DNA from: a virus
DNA length: 64,000 nucleotides
IMG/VR virus record: IMGVR_UViG_3300025930_000008
Span: 1 to 64,000 of that record
Strand: one strand, 5' to 3'
In this document: in pieces, positions 1-9,358 of the stretch
Position numbering within the stretch: position 1 is the stretch's first letter
How the letters are laid out: each line of letters starts with the position of its first letter
Program-made: the position numbers and the translations under genes
The notes under the pieces: model-generated
The model's database searches: none
Seen by the model: the letters and a program-made list of their open reading frames with translations, nothing else
Told to the model about the DNA's origin: nothing

Positions 1-181
1 TAATATCTCCCCGGTCTTACTCGGCGCTTCCTCTGGCTTTTGCAATGGCACTCGCCTTTTCATCATCGGGCATCTGCTCGATAGCTCGTTCTATTTCTGC
101 CTCAGTCATACCGGTACCCATATCGCGGGTAGCAAGTACGTAGAGGAAGAGAATCTGATGATCGGAAAATTCGTCAGACAT
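1..181 (-). CDS. hypothetical protein, runs off the window edge
   Basis: ATG at 181, open frame MSDEFSDHQILFLY... to position 1. Confidence 0.5.
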
Positions 182-404
182 GGCTAACGTAGGAAATACG
201 CCAAGTCATGCCATTATCATCCTTCATCATGTCCATGCCCTCAAGGGCAGCCTCAATCACCTCTGTAGTCTTTGCCACAGGAGGGAGAGGTTCCTCACCT
301 ACGCGCTCCACACCGATAACCAACAGGTACCGGTGCTGACGGTCAGTATCTTTAGGCTCAGGCATCAGAGGGGTCCCCATCTTCCGTCCGCTTGTCATTG
401 GCAT
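174..404 (-). CDS. hypothetical protein
   Basis: 76 aa ORF, tightly packed with neighbours. Confidence 0.55.
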   Translation of the reverse strand: MPMTSGRKMGTPLMPEPKDTDRQHRYLLVIGVERVGEEPLPPVAKTTEVIEAALEGMDMMKDDNGMTWRISYVSHV

Positions 405-796
405 TATGCTTCACTCCATGCAACGTAGAATCCAGGTGCGGTGAATTTACTACGCAGGTCCACCGGCACAGTCTCGATAAGCTGACGCATCTGCTGACGC
501 ACACTGTCACGTAGGACAGCCCGGTCAAGGTCCATGATCCTAAGCAGAGCCATTTCGTCAAAATCATTTTCGCCCTCATTGGTGGCCGAAATGTTGAGGC
601 CAAGATAGAGGGTCTTATGATCGTTGGAAAAGACAACGTGCGAGTCACGGAACTTAGACTCAAACTTATCACACAGATCGTACAGGTCTGTATCATCGTC
701 AGCCTGTAATGCGTCGATGAGTGCCTTAGAGGCATCTTCCTCCGCATCCTTCTCAATGCGCCAATAGACGCCGTAGAACACCTGAGCAATCTTCAT
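404..796 (-). CDS. hypothetical protein (start revised to MKIAQV, leaderless)
   Basis: TTGACA(832-827)-N17-TATCAT(809-804), ATG 7 nt later; the longer ORF start lies inside a terminator. Confidence 0.6.
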   Translation of the reverse strand: MKIAQVFYGVYWRIEKDAEEDASKALIDALQADDDTDLYDLCDKFESKFRDSHVVFSNDHKTLYLGLNISATNEGENDFDEMALLRIMDLDRAVLRDSVRQQMRQLIETVPVDLRSKFTAPGFYVAWSEA

Positions 797-838
797 GGCT
801 TCCATGATACACGTCGAGAATTCCCGTGTCAACCACGC

Positions 839-863
839 AAAAAGCCCGCCTTTTGGGCGGGCC
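839..863 (-). terminator. intrinsic terminator
   Basis: GGCCCGCCC-AAAA-GGCGGGC-TTTT downstream of 895-1314. Confidence 0.7.
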
Positions 864-894
864 AATTGCGTTGCCAGCGGGTGTGAAAAGTCCG

Positions 895-1314
895 TTACTC
901 AGAAACGAGAACGTACTTCTTGTCGTCCGTCTTAGTGACCTTACCGGCGTCAGTAAGCTCACGCGCGAGGCGGTAAAGATAGTTCGGATTGTCCATCCCC
1001 ATCTTAGTCGCAATCTCAGCGACGGTAATGCCATCCTCGCCAGCGTCAGCGACGAAGGCAAGGAACTGCTCCGGGCGCTCACCACGGGAAGCACGGTCGC
1101 CACTGGCGGTACGCGCACCCCGGACCTTGGTCGGGTCGGTGATTGCATCGAAGTTGGCGAGAATTGCCTGCACACGAATGAACTGCTCATGTGCGGGGCG
1201 AAGCTCGTCAAGCTGCTTCTGCAAACCCTCACGGGTGCCAGACAGAAGGTTCTCAACCTCAGCCGGGGTACCCGTGTCCTGCGTCTGCTCCGTAGGAGCG
1301 TCAGTCGTGGACAT
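895..1314 (-). CDS. coiled-coil + winged-HTH DNA-binding protein
   Basis: LDELRP...GITVAEIATKMGMDNPNYLYRLARELTDAGKV; own promoter, SD AGGAGG, terminator. Confidence 0.7.
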   Translation of the reverse strand: MSTTDAPTEQTQDTGTPAEVENLLSGTREGLQKQLDELRPAHEQFIRVQAILANFDAITDPTKVRGARTASGDRASRGERPEQFLAFVADAGEDGITVAEIATKMGMDNPNYLYRLARELTDAGKVTKTDDKKYVLVSE

Positions 1315-1520
1315 TATGCCTCCTGGGCGTCGTTTACCGAATCCACTCCCGTAACGGTACCAGCGCCTTCATCCTGTGTCAAGGGCTGATTCTCAGATTC
1401 TTGCTCAGGGGTCCATTGTACCGGATTCCCCTGGTCCTGCCACTCGGGAGGCGGGGCCTGATTCTTCTGGCGATGGTTGTTGAGAAATTCGGCCAATTCC
1501 TCGGCCACAGATTTAGGCAT
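1314..1520 (-). CDS. hypothetical protein
   Basis: 68 aa ORF overlapping neighbours. Confidence 0.5.
   Translation of the reverse strand: MPKSVAEELAEFLNNHRQKNQAPPPEWQDQGNPVQWTPEQESENQPLTQDEGAGTVTGVDSVNDAQEA
1354..1382 (-). promoter_or_regulatory. sigma70-type promoter
   Basis: TTGACA-N17-TACCGT. Confidence 0.65.
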
Positions 1521-1815
1521 CGTCTATCGGGGATTCCTCAGCCTGCACACCCTGAGCGGGCCAGTCGTCAAGTATGGTCACCATTTTACCACGCGGCGGC
1601 GGCAGGGCAGGACCCTCACCTACAATGAACTTTATCTCACCATTACGTAGATCCCACTTAATAACCTGCCTTAGTACAGCGCCCTGCACTAACTTAGCGA
1701 AGGCGTAAGACAATAACTCCATACGATCCTCAAGAGCCATGTTCTTTTCACATCGTAGAGTGACTATCGTATCCCCATCACGGGGAGTAGTCCTGTCCTT
1801 ATTCCGACCGAACAT
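1513..1815 (-). CDS. hypothetical protein
   Basis: 100 aa ORF in operon. Confidence 0.55.
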   Translation of the reverse strand: MFGRNKDRTTPRDGDTIVTLRCEKNMALEDRMELLSYAFAKLVQGAVLRQVIKWDLRNGEIKFIVGEGPALPPPRGKMVTILDDWPAQGVQAEESPIDDA

Positions 1816-2083
1816 TCTTCAACTGTGCCTTCAGCGCGTCTATTTCATCTTCTAGAGTTGACACCCTGGCACGCTCGTCGTCCCTGTCCTTACGGGCACG
1901 GGCTAATTCCTCTTGGAGAGCATCAATTACACCGGTCTGAACCACCACGGCTCCCTGCGCTGCTGACACTACCACAGCGTCTTTATCTACACGGAATCGT
2001 AGGAGCGCCACAAGGCCGGTAACAAACCCACCACCTAGGACGGCAACGAGAATAGGAGTTATTTCAAAGGCGGCTAGTATCAT
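1799..2083 (-). CDS. membrane-anchored coiled-coil protein
   Basis: N-terminal TM helix, C-terminal coiled coil. Confidence 0.6.
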   Translation of the reverse strand: MILAAFEITPILVAVLGGGFVTGLVALLRFRVDKDAVVVSAAQGAVVVQTGVIDALQEELARARKDRDDERARVSTLEDEIDALKAQLKNVRSE

Positions 2084-2610
2084 TAGTCCTTCCTTGGTAC
2101 ATAGTCGTCAGGTGGAATATCTGTGAGTTCATGTGAGGCATTCGGTGGCACAATTGTAGCTGTACCGTCAGAGATACTTTGATCGCTTGTAATCTCTACA
2201 GGTACAAGCTCAACTGCCGGGGACAGAATTACCTTACCTCTGTAGACACACGCGATGATTACGGCTAGGTAAATAGCCAGGCCAGGAGTGAAGCCGTTGA
2301 CGTAAATAGCCGCAGAAGCATTTATGAGAAGAGTCGTCCCCAAAAAGATGAGGCCCGCTAGCTCTGCGCCCTGCGCCTCAATTGGGAACCGACGCCCTAG
2401 AGTACGATGAGGTACAGAGAGGCCCACTAATATTAGGACGCCAGAGAGCATGAACATAACAGTCCACAGGTAATCCCATGGGTGAAGTGTCCTACCCACC
2501 ACAGAATTAGCCAGAGACTCAGGCTGTAGGAACGTTGTGATACCACTTATCATACACATAGCCGCGATACATGCCTCAAAGGCATTGGCCTGTAGGTTGC
2601 GCCAATTCAT
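2083..2610 (-). CDS. 4-TM membrane protein
   Basis: four hydrophobic segments. Confidence 0.6.
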   Translation of the reverse strand: MNWRNLQANAFEACIAAMCMISGITTFLQPESLANSVVGRTLHPWDYLWTVMFMLSGVLILVGLSVPHRTLGRRFPIEAQGAELAGLIFLGTTLLINASAAIYVNGFTPGLAIYLAVIIACVYRGKVILSPAVELVPVEITSDQSISDGTATIVPPNASHELTDIPPDDYVPRKD

Positions 2611-2640
2611 TGCACTAGTTATGTCGCGGGCCGGAGAACG

Positions 2641-2666
2641 AAAAAGGGCCTGCTTTCGCAGGCCCT
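2641..2666 (-). terminator. intrinsic terminator
   Basis: AGGGCCTGC-GAAA-GCAGGCCCT-TTTT. Confidence 0.75.
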
Positions 2667-2713
2667 AGTTCGATGAGCAACGACCACCCCTGGTCGAAGT
2701 TATGTGAGGCTAA

Positions 2714-4234
2714 TTACCAGCCACGGCTACTGACCTGCTTGATGCCAGGCATCCCCTCACAGAAATCCTCAATCTTCACGACCTTACCGAACTTATTCGC
2801 ACCCCGGTAATCGTAGCGGCCACCGTGAGTGGCAAGCCACAGCCACCGTTCCTTATTCTTGCTGTCCGGCAGCACATCGTAGAAGGCACCCTCAAGATCG
2901 GTCATAACCACAACCGCCTTAGGATAATGTCCCAACTCAGGGACAACGGACTTCTGAATCTCAGCCTCAATGGGAGAGAAAGCCGTACCGCCACTCGCCA
3001 TCTTAGGGTTATCCGACTCAAGATCGAACGGAAGCGTGTACGTGCTGAACGTGTAGGCAATCAGCTTGATCTTGGACGGCGGCACCGACTTAGCCAGCGT
3101 AGCGAAATTCTGAATCCAGTCGGAGCAAGAGCCGGAACCGTCCATGAACATTACGATGCACGGAGTCTCGCCACGATGGGAGTCAGGGTCACGCTTGACC
3201 GGCATGACACCCATTTCCCTACCCATACGACTGTCGTACACACCCTGTAGCTTACGCGGGGTGCGATGGTAGGACGGGCGCGGCTTAGGACCACGCTTCT
3301 TGAACGTGTCAGGATTTACCTCACGCAGTAGCTCAGCCCACTTCATAGACACACCCTTCTGGTCTACGAAATTGCGCATAGCGCCTGCCTCAGAGCCAGG
3401 ACCGGCACCGGGCGTGCCCTGCTGATCGTCGTCCGCAGCCTTATCCTCAAGGTCCTGAGGCATACCGGCCTGCTCAGCGATCTTGCCAGAGGCATTGCCC
3501 TGACCCTTAGCGTCGTCCGGGTTATGCAACCAATCGTGATCGCCAGTCATCTGAGACTTGGACATACCGTCCATGTACTCGCCAAGACCACCCTTACCGG
3601 AGCCGTCAATCTGACCGCCGCCACCCTCGCCCTCATCGTCGCCCTCGCCGCCCTCACCGCTCTGGTCAGGGATATCGAGATAGACCTCAGACACCGTAGA
3701 GTTTGAGCAATCGTACTTCACGATATCCGGACCAAAGCATCCCATATCGCGGATACGGCCAGGCTCAAGGCCCATGCTGCTCAGGTAATCATTGATTACA
3801 CAGTCAGCCGCCACGTTGAACTTACGCGCATCCTTAAACTTACCCTTCTTCTTACCGCTCTCAATCAGCTTGAGGTGGTTCAGCAGGACGTGCATAGTCT
3901 CATGCGCCTGAATGAAAGCGAATTCCTCAGGCGTCAGGAGAGCCGCGAACGTGGGGTTGAAGTAGTAATTGAAGTCGGTCAGGTCAGCACCATCGTGCGG
4001 CAGACCGACAGCCGCCGTAGGCAGGCTGTGCGACCACTCAGGCTTACCCATGTTCAGGACGTGGGTAAGGAAGAACGCGAAGTTCTCATCGAGATAGTCT
4101 ACGGACTCGCGCCAGTGTGTAGGGAGGTGGCAATTGTCGATCTGCTCACGCGCAACCTTACGCGCACGCTCGACCGCATCGCGGACTTCCTTGGGCACCT
4201 GGGAAGTGTCCGGGGCGTTGGTTCGTTTGCTCAT
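2714..4234 (-). CDS. DUF2201-like metallopeptidase (HExxH) + vWA domain protein
   Basis: AHETMHVLLNH; NVAADCVIN; MIDAS DGSGS, GGT, VVVMTD. Confidence 0.85.
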   Translation of the reverse strand: MSKRTNAPDTSQVPKEVRDAVERARKVAREQIDNCHLPTHWRESVDYLDENFAFFLTHVLNMGKPEWSHSLPTAAVGLPHDGADLTDFNYYFNPTFAALLTPEEFAFIQAHETMHVLLNHLKLIESGKKKGKFKDARKFNVAADCVINDYLSSMGLEPGRIRDMGCFGPDIVKYDCSNSTVSEVYLDIPDQSGEGGEGDDEGEGGGGQIDGSGKGGLGEYMDGMSKSQMTGDHDWLHNPDDAKGQGNASGKIAEQAGMPQDLEDKAADDDQQGTPGAGPGSEAGAMRNFVDQKGVSMKWAELLREVNPDTFKKRGPKPRPSYHRTPRKLQGVYDSRMGREMGVMPVKRDPDSHRGETPCIVMFMDGSGSCSDWIQNFATLAKSVPPSKIKLIAYTFSTYTLPFDLESDNPKMASGGTAFSPIEAEIQKSVVPELGHYPKAVVVMTDLEGAFYDVLPDSKNKERWLWLATHGGRYDYRGANKFGKVVKIEDFCEGMPGIKQVSSRGW

Positions 4235-4241
4235 GCCAAGC

Positions 4242-4271
4242 ATGGTACACCATCCTCCGGTCGGCTGTCAA
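4242..4271 (-). promoter_or_regulatory. sigma70-type promoter, leaderless
   Basis: TTGACA-N18-TACCAT-N7-ATG. Confidence 0.65.
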
Positions 4272-4621
4272 GGGTGGACTTGAAACTCATTGCCATCGCC
4301 ATCTGTGAACGTTTCCTCGCGGCACACCTGACAAATGTAGTCACCCTGCTCAAACTGAGCCGCCTGCCGTGTCTCGCCACAGCTAGGACACTGACGCTCA
4401 CTCGTAAATTCCTGACGTACCTGCTCTATCTGAGCAGACATAAGTTGCCAGGAGTGTTCGTGATTGGTCCTGTCCATCGCTATATCTGACTGTAGTCTTT
4501 TGAAGTCAGCCAGATGCTCGACAAACAGCCTCTTAAGCTGCATCGTTCGATAGTACGCGAAGCCTGCGTAAATAAGACACGTCGGCGCGATAAAGGCTAA
4601 TATGTCACGTACTAAGACCAT
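4268..4621 (-). CDS. membrane-anchored protein with C-terminal Zn ribbon
   Basis: TM helix; CPSC...GDYICQVCR. Confidence 0.65.
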   Translation of the reverse strand: MVLVRDILAFIAPTCLIYAGFAYYRTMQLKRLFVEHLADFKRLQSDIAMDRTNHEHSWQLMSAQIEQVRQEFTSERQCPSCGETRQAAQFEQGDYICQVCREETFTDGDGNEFQVHP

Positions 4622-4743
4622 TGATTTTCCTGTTCCTGTCTACGGTCCATATGATTGCGTCGTTCCAGTACCACAACTTTATATCAGGCGGTCTACGGAA
4701 GGGGCGCACTCGCCAGTACCCATTCGTGAAGTAAATGTGAGGC

Positions 4744-4989
4744 TTACTCCATTGCGTAGTAAATGCCATTAGAACAGACCACCCCTAGGACACCATAGTT
4801 GTCTGTCTGTACGACCTGTCGGATATTGGAATGATGATCCTGACAGACAGCGTTTGGATCATCCCTGTCCACAGTAGCCGTATGCTGAGAGCTAGGGGTA
4901 TTAGAGCCGCCACACGCACCAATAAATAGGCACGCTAGAACGACGGCAGCCCCGGCCTTTCGACCGGGGCTATTTACGCCGCGCTTCAT
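4744..4989 (-). CDS. putative lipoprotein
   Basis: lipobox-like FIGAC after a hydrophobic stretch. Confidence 0.5.
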   Translation of the reverse strand: MKRGVNSPGRKAGAAVVLACLFIGACGGSNTPSSQHTATVDRDDPNAVCQDHHSNIRQVVQTDNYGVLGVVCSNGIYYAME

Positions 4990-4993
4990 TGAG

Positions 4994-6145
4994 CTACGCC
5001 AGCCCAAGCTGCTTGCGAAGGTTCGGGACCGACTGGTACCGGTGCTGAGGCAGGCTAGTCACCGCATCCTTAAGGGAGCCGTACTTACCCTGATTCATCT
5101 TGGACACATAGCCCTCAAGCATCGACGGCTTGAGGTTGTCCAGAATCTCAGCGTAGTTATTGGCGAGCGACTTGCCATGCTTGTTCTCAATCACCTTGAG
5201 GATGGCCTCATGGGTATCGAAATCGTCCTGATTATCCTTCATGTACTTCGACACTGACATACGCTTCTCGCTCAGCCAGTTCTCGTCGTACGTAAAGTTG
5301 GGGTTCGGACCGTTACCCAGCCCGCCCTGATGCTGCGTCGGCTTGACCCGACGAAGGTCATTCTCTGCACGCTCAAGCAGAGCGGCCAGCTTCTGACGAT
5401 CAGCCTGAATCCACTTAGGCAGAGCGGGCCGGAAGTCACCCGTGGCCTGGTAAACCATACCGATCTTCATAAGACGGCGGGGAGAGATAAAGTTCTCCAT
5501 CCCGCGACGAGCCTGGTTATGCTCGCCCCACCATGAGTAGAGCGCCTGAGCGATAGGCTTGGGAAGGTGCTGTGCCATGTAGGCAACATTCGGCTTAGCC
5601 TGAATGTCAATGAACACATCGAAACGGTCGATCAGTGCAGGGTCCAGATCGGACACCTTATAATCGCCGTCAGGCGGGTTCATCGCGGCCCAACAAGCCT
5701 TGACGTGAGGCAGCGGCTCACCGTTGATCGTCCGAAACTGAATAATCTCGAAGATCGCGTTCTGAGTCTTTTCGTCGCCACGGTTGAACTCATCGAAGAA
5801 AATGAGTTCAGCCTCATCAACCTCGCGGGGACGAACCATCTTCAGCGACTCAACGACCGGGCTATCCTCATCCTCAAGAATGCCGTTGCAGATGGGGCAG
5901 GCAGCCTTGTCGGTACCCAGCCAAATGCGGTCACGGGTGCAGAACTTACGCGGCGTAGGAACGCCCACCAGATCGGTGAACGGGTCCAGCGTCGAGCAAG
6001 AGTAATACTTGAGGACGATGTTCTTCTCACGCGCAAGGCGGAGAATTTCTTCCGTCTTACCGACGCCGTGCAGACCGATAAGAAGAACGTTCATCCCGTG
6101 GTCGAAATACTCACCGGCCTTGGGAATGAGAGGGTTGACTGACAT
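4994..6145 (-). CDS. MoxR-like AAA+ ATPase
   Basis: Walker A GLHGVGKT, Walker B IFFDEFNR, AMNP, LDPALIDRF. Confidence 0.9.
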   Translation of the reverse strand: MSVNPLIPKAGEYFDHGMNVLLIGLHGVGKTEEILRLAREKNIVLKYYSCSTLDPFTDLVGVPTPRKFCTRDRIWLGTDKAACPICNGILEDEDSPVVESLKMVRPREVDEAELIFFDEFNRGDEKTQNAIFEIIQFRTINGEPLPHVKACWAAMNPPDGDYKVSDLDPALIDRFDVFIDIQAKPNVAYMAQHLPKPIAQALYSWWGEHNQARRGMENFISPRRLMKIGMVYQATGDFRPALPKWIQADRQKLAALLERAENDLRRVKPTQHQGGLGNGPNPNFTYDENWLSEKRMSVSKYMKDNQDDFDTHEAILKVIENKHGKSLANNYAEILDNLKPSMLEGYVSKMNQGKYGSLKDAVTSLPQHRYQSVPNLRKQLGLA

Positions 6146-6207
6146 GAGTTTGGCGTAGCTCCTGTGTGTCTGGGCGTTATTGCCCGGTGCTTCAACTTAC
6201 GAGAGGG

Positions 6208-6236
6208 ATACTACAGACGATCCCCGTTGCTGTCAA
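6208..6236 (-). promoter_or_regulatory. sigma70-type promoter
   Basis: TTGACA-N17-TAGTAT. Confidence 0.7.
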
Positions 6237-6505
6237 GGGCCTTTTGCCCATTCTTCTGCGATAGAGCGCTTTTCAGCGCGGTTACGACGGCCATGCCACT
6301 GTAGCCGCTTGACACGCTTGGTATCTTCCACGCCCATATCGCTGAGCGCGCGCTTCATAAGCAATACCAGCTTCTCCAAATCATACGGATTGCCGCCAGC
6401 ATTGCTGTCGCCCCAATGGGAATAAAGCGCCTGTGACACAGACTGAGGCAGGCCACAATCCACCATTTCTCTAACGCTAGGTCGCTGAGGATTATTGAAC
6501 ACCAT
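6233..6505 (-). CDS. small protein resembling the AAA lid segment of the downstream ATPase
   Basis: LPQSVSQALYSHWG vs LPKPIAQALYSWWG. Confidence 0.65.
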   Translation of the reverse strand: MVFNNPQRPSVREMVDCGLPQSVSQALYSHWGDSNAGGNPYDLEKLVLLMKRALSDMGVEDTKRVKRLQWHGRRNRAEKRSIAEEWAKGP

Positions 6506-7176
6506 CAGATACCCTTCTTCTGAGCCGCCCGATAGGCAGCCTCAAGGTTGTCCATGATATCCTCGCCCTTACCGCGAGCGCGGTCCACAGCGTCACCCTT
6601 ACCGGCCTCAAGCTCAGCGATAGCCTTCCTCAGCTTTGCCTCGCCCATGGCACTGTAATTGCGGCTGACCTGACCCTCAGGAATAACCTCAGGCTCAATG
6701 TCTACAACAGCCGCAGGCGTAATAACCTGCGGGGCCATCTGGTTATCCGTCATACCAGAGAACATCGAACCCTTGCCAGCCTTAGCGTCTTTCTTGGCAT
6801 GACCAAGCGACTCATAAAGCTGCTTCTTAAGTTCGTCCATCGAACCGGGCTGAGTGATAGCCTCAGCCTCAGCGTAGGTGTCGGCGCTCTCGATAGCGTC
6901 ACGACAAACCTTACAAACGTAGTCGTCGGCGTAGAACACGTTGGTCCCGCCACAGTTGACGCACTCATGCGGGACAGAGGTAACGTTACCCTGACCCATC
7001 GACGCGCCATACTTCTTGACGACGTTCTTATACATCGCCGCCGCGCCTGCGAAATGCTTGCCCTCCCACTGATCGTAGGGGATGCCGGTATTACCCTCCA
7101 TCCGGTCGCGCGTGTAATCCCACGCGATAGGGTCCTTAGCGAAAGCGGGCGGTGCCTTTGTGTAGTGGTGTCCCAT
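6505..7176 (-). CDS. hypothetical protein with internal Zn ribbon
   Basis: CVNC...DDYVCKVCR; leaderless promoter TTGACG-N17-TAAGGT-N6-ATG. Confidence 0.7.
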   Translation of the reverse strand: MGHHYTKAPPAFAKDPIAWDYTRDRMEGNTGIPYDQWEGKHFAGAAAMYKNVVKKYGASMGQGNVTSVPHECVNCGGTNVFYADDYVCKVCRDAIESADTYAEAEAITQPGSMDELKKQLYESLGHAKKDAKAGKGSMFSGMTDNQMAPQVITPAAVVDIEPEVIPEGQVSRNYSAMGEAKLRKAIAELEAGKGDAVDRARGKGEDIMDNLEAAYRAAQKKGI

Positions 7177-7207
7177 TGCTGTACCTTAGCCTAGTTCCTG
7201 TGCCCCG

Positions 7208-7468
7208 TCAAGGGGCAATCTTATAATCCGTCAGCATCTTGATAAGAGCCTCCCCGAACACGGTATCGCCCATATCCCATTCCTCAATAAACTGCGCCAG
7301 GTGAAGGATCAGTTTATCTACAGCTTCCTGACTCGCGCGCTTCTGATCCAGAAGGGCCTTTTTGCGCTGACGGTAACGAAACTCGTCCTGATCGTAGCGA
7401 GTAGCCTCGTACTTATCATACAGATACTCGTCATAGTCCCAATCAGGGCTGGTATGCCAGGGCGGCAT
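7208..7468 (-). CDS. hypothetical protein
   Basis: 86 aa ORF. Confidence 0.55.
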   Translation of the reverse strand: MPPWHTSPDWDYDEYLYDKYEATRYDQDEFRYRQRKKALLDQKRASQEAVDKLILHLAQFIEEWDMGDTVFGEALIKMLTDYKIAP

Positions 7469-8304
7469 TATGAGATAGCCTCCGTAAGAGTCTCAGTAAT
7501 TTCATCAATCTTACCGGCGAAGTTCCTAAGATGCGCAATGGCATCCTTGCCCTCACCCCACTTGGCAATATGCGGGACGCTCATGCCAGAGGTGTCCAGA
7601 CCGATAGCCGCAGTCGTAAGGTAAGCCGCCGACTCCACGATAACCTCACGCTCAGCAGCAGAGTAATCGCCCAGGTCACTATCCATAGCCTGAGCCAGCG
7701 CGCGCACCAGTTCCCGCACGCGACCGTTAAGCTCAAGATCGTAGGAAATGTGGATGATCCCATTCTCGCGCGCAGTCTCATCCGTGGCATCGTAGATAAC
7801 CTCACAGCCAAAGGACTGAGCGTACTGCTCGCAACGCATAAGGTACTCGTCATGCGAGTGACCGGTGATGGCCTCCGACTCAGGCTCAGGGATAGGATCG
7901 CCATGAGTCTGACTCACGTCGAACACGGGGAGAGTCTTATACCACACGGCGATAACGATAGGCTTGCCCTTATCGTCCAGCACAGGCTGCCCGTCCTTAT
8001 CCTTCTTGTGGATGGGGATGGGCGGACCAAAAATCTTGATCGCGCGCTCACCCTCAGTGATAAGGCGGTTGAAATCCTTACGCCACTTGCCACCACCGGC
8101 CACCAGAGTAGCGTCGGGGCACTGTAGGGCAATCAGGATGGTGTTATTGAAGCTGTACTTGTGGAAGCGGTTACGCGCGTCAAGATAGCGCTTCCAGCCA
8201 GCCGATGAACACAGGTTCTCGACCGCCTGCGTGAGTAGCTGCTTCTGCTCATCACGCTTCTGCGCTGCGTACTGCTTCTTCTGCTCAGGGGTGTACTTAG
8301 CCAT
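7468..8304 (-). CDS. ArdC-like ssDNA-binding/antirestriction protein
   Basis: WKRYL..RFHKYSFNNTILIALQCPDATLVAG..W...GERAIKIF..VFDVSQT; leaderless promoter TTGACA-N17-TAAGGT-N6-ATG. Confidence 0.8.
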   Translation of the reverse strand: MAKYTPEQKKQYAAQKRDEQKQLLTQAVENLCSSAGWKRYLDARNRFHKYSFNNTILIALQCPDATLVAGGGKWRKDFNRLITEGERAIKIFGPPIPIHKKDKDGQPVLDDKGKPIVIAVWYKTLPVFDVSQTHGDPIPEPESEAITGHSHDEYLMRCEQYAQSFGCEVIYDATDETARENGIIHISYDLELNGRVRELVRALAQAMDSDLGDYSAAEREVIVESAAYLTTAAIGLDTSGMSVPHIAKWGEGKDAIAHLRNFAGKIDEITETLTEAIS

Positions 8305-8313
8305 ACCGGTACC

Positions 8314-8559
8314 TTAGGGCATCAGGTCAGTCCTGTCAAGCCATCGGCGTAAATGAATAACCTTCGGCTCAGCATGATACCCTCGGTAAGTCCAATGGTC
8401 TTTCACATTCAAAAATCCCTTGAGGGGATACGGATACTTCGCGGGTTTCCTACCAGTAGGTCCACCGATACGTAGATAAACTTGGTCCCCATCTATCCGC
8501 TCTACCCAAAAGGTTTCGCTGTCCTTAAACTGCCATAGTTCACCGTACTTTATCATCAC
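8314..8559 (-). CDS. hypothetical protein
   Basis: 81 aa ORF. Confidence 0.55.
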   Translation of the reverse strand: MMIKYGELWQFKDSETFWVERIDGDQVYLRIGGPTGRKPAKYPYPLKGFLNVKDHWTYRGYHAEPKVIHLRRWLDRTDLMP

Positions 8560-8891
8560 AAACCATCTTCAAGATGCTCTCGGCACCAACCGCAGATATA
8601 ATCTCCCTCATAGAAGATCATTTCATCCTCGTCGCACTCCGGGCAGTACCCATAGATCACATTACTCTCACGGGGGATAATGCTCAGGTCGTGCCTGATG
8701 ATCTGACCACCGTGATAAAAGGGCATGAGGGTGGTCACACCCTTAGCCTCCATCACACCGCCATTGCCATTAGGAATGTCTCCAAGGTACTGAATAGTAT
8801 AGTACCATGAGTGGCAAATCTTAGTAGGCCCGCCAAGGATCACAACATCGACGGGACCCATCGACAGAATATCTCCGCGCTTATAGTCCAT
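8556..8891 (-). CDS. hypothetical protein with C-terminal Zn ribbon
   Basis: CPEC...GDYICGWCR. Confidence 0.65.
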   Translation of the reverse strand: MDYKRGDILSMGPVDVVILGGPTKICHSWYYTIQYLGDIPNGNGGVMEAKGVTTLMPFYHGGQIIRHDLSIIPRESNVIYGYCPECDEDEMIFYEGDYICGWCREHLEDGL

Positions 8892-9189
8892 GACCAGTCT
8901 CGCAATACGACCTGAGCATACGGTGGAACCGTGCGTCAGTAAGGCGCTGACCGTTCTTATGCTGTTGAGTATCCCAGCACTCAGCCGGGGTGCAGTCGCC
9001 AGCGTACAGCTTGGTACGCTGTAGCTTATGGTTGCAGCCCTTGTGGGCGCGTGAGAACCGTACGGCGTAGATGCGCCAGCCCAGCCCTCGGTCAGCCATC
9101 GACCACACGGTCAGACGGCCATCTTGAATACGCTGCACCATGCAGGTATCCTTAGTCCTACCCAGGAGCGTCCAAGTCTCGCTTGTCAT
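8881..9189 (-). CDS. hypothetical protein
   Basis: promoter TTGACA-N17-TATCTT-N8-ATG. Confidence 0.6.
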   Translation of the reverse strand: MTSETWTLLGRTKDTCMVQRIQDGRLTVWSMADRGLGWRIYAVRFSRAHKGCNHKLQRTKLYAGDCTPAECWDTQQHKNGQRLTDARFHRMLRSYCETGHGL

Positions 9190-9358
9190 CCAAAGGAAAG
9201 ATAGGGCATTGACGGGCCTGTGTCAAGTGCTGAGTCCACAAGTCCCGAAACCATTTATTCTCCCGCTCCACGGCTTGACAGTTGCCGCCCTCTATGGTAC
9301 AAGTGCAGAAGGGCCTAGCGCAATAGGGCGAGCGGGCCATTCCCGCATTATAGCACGG

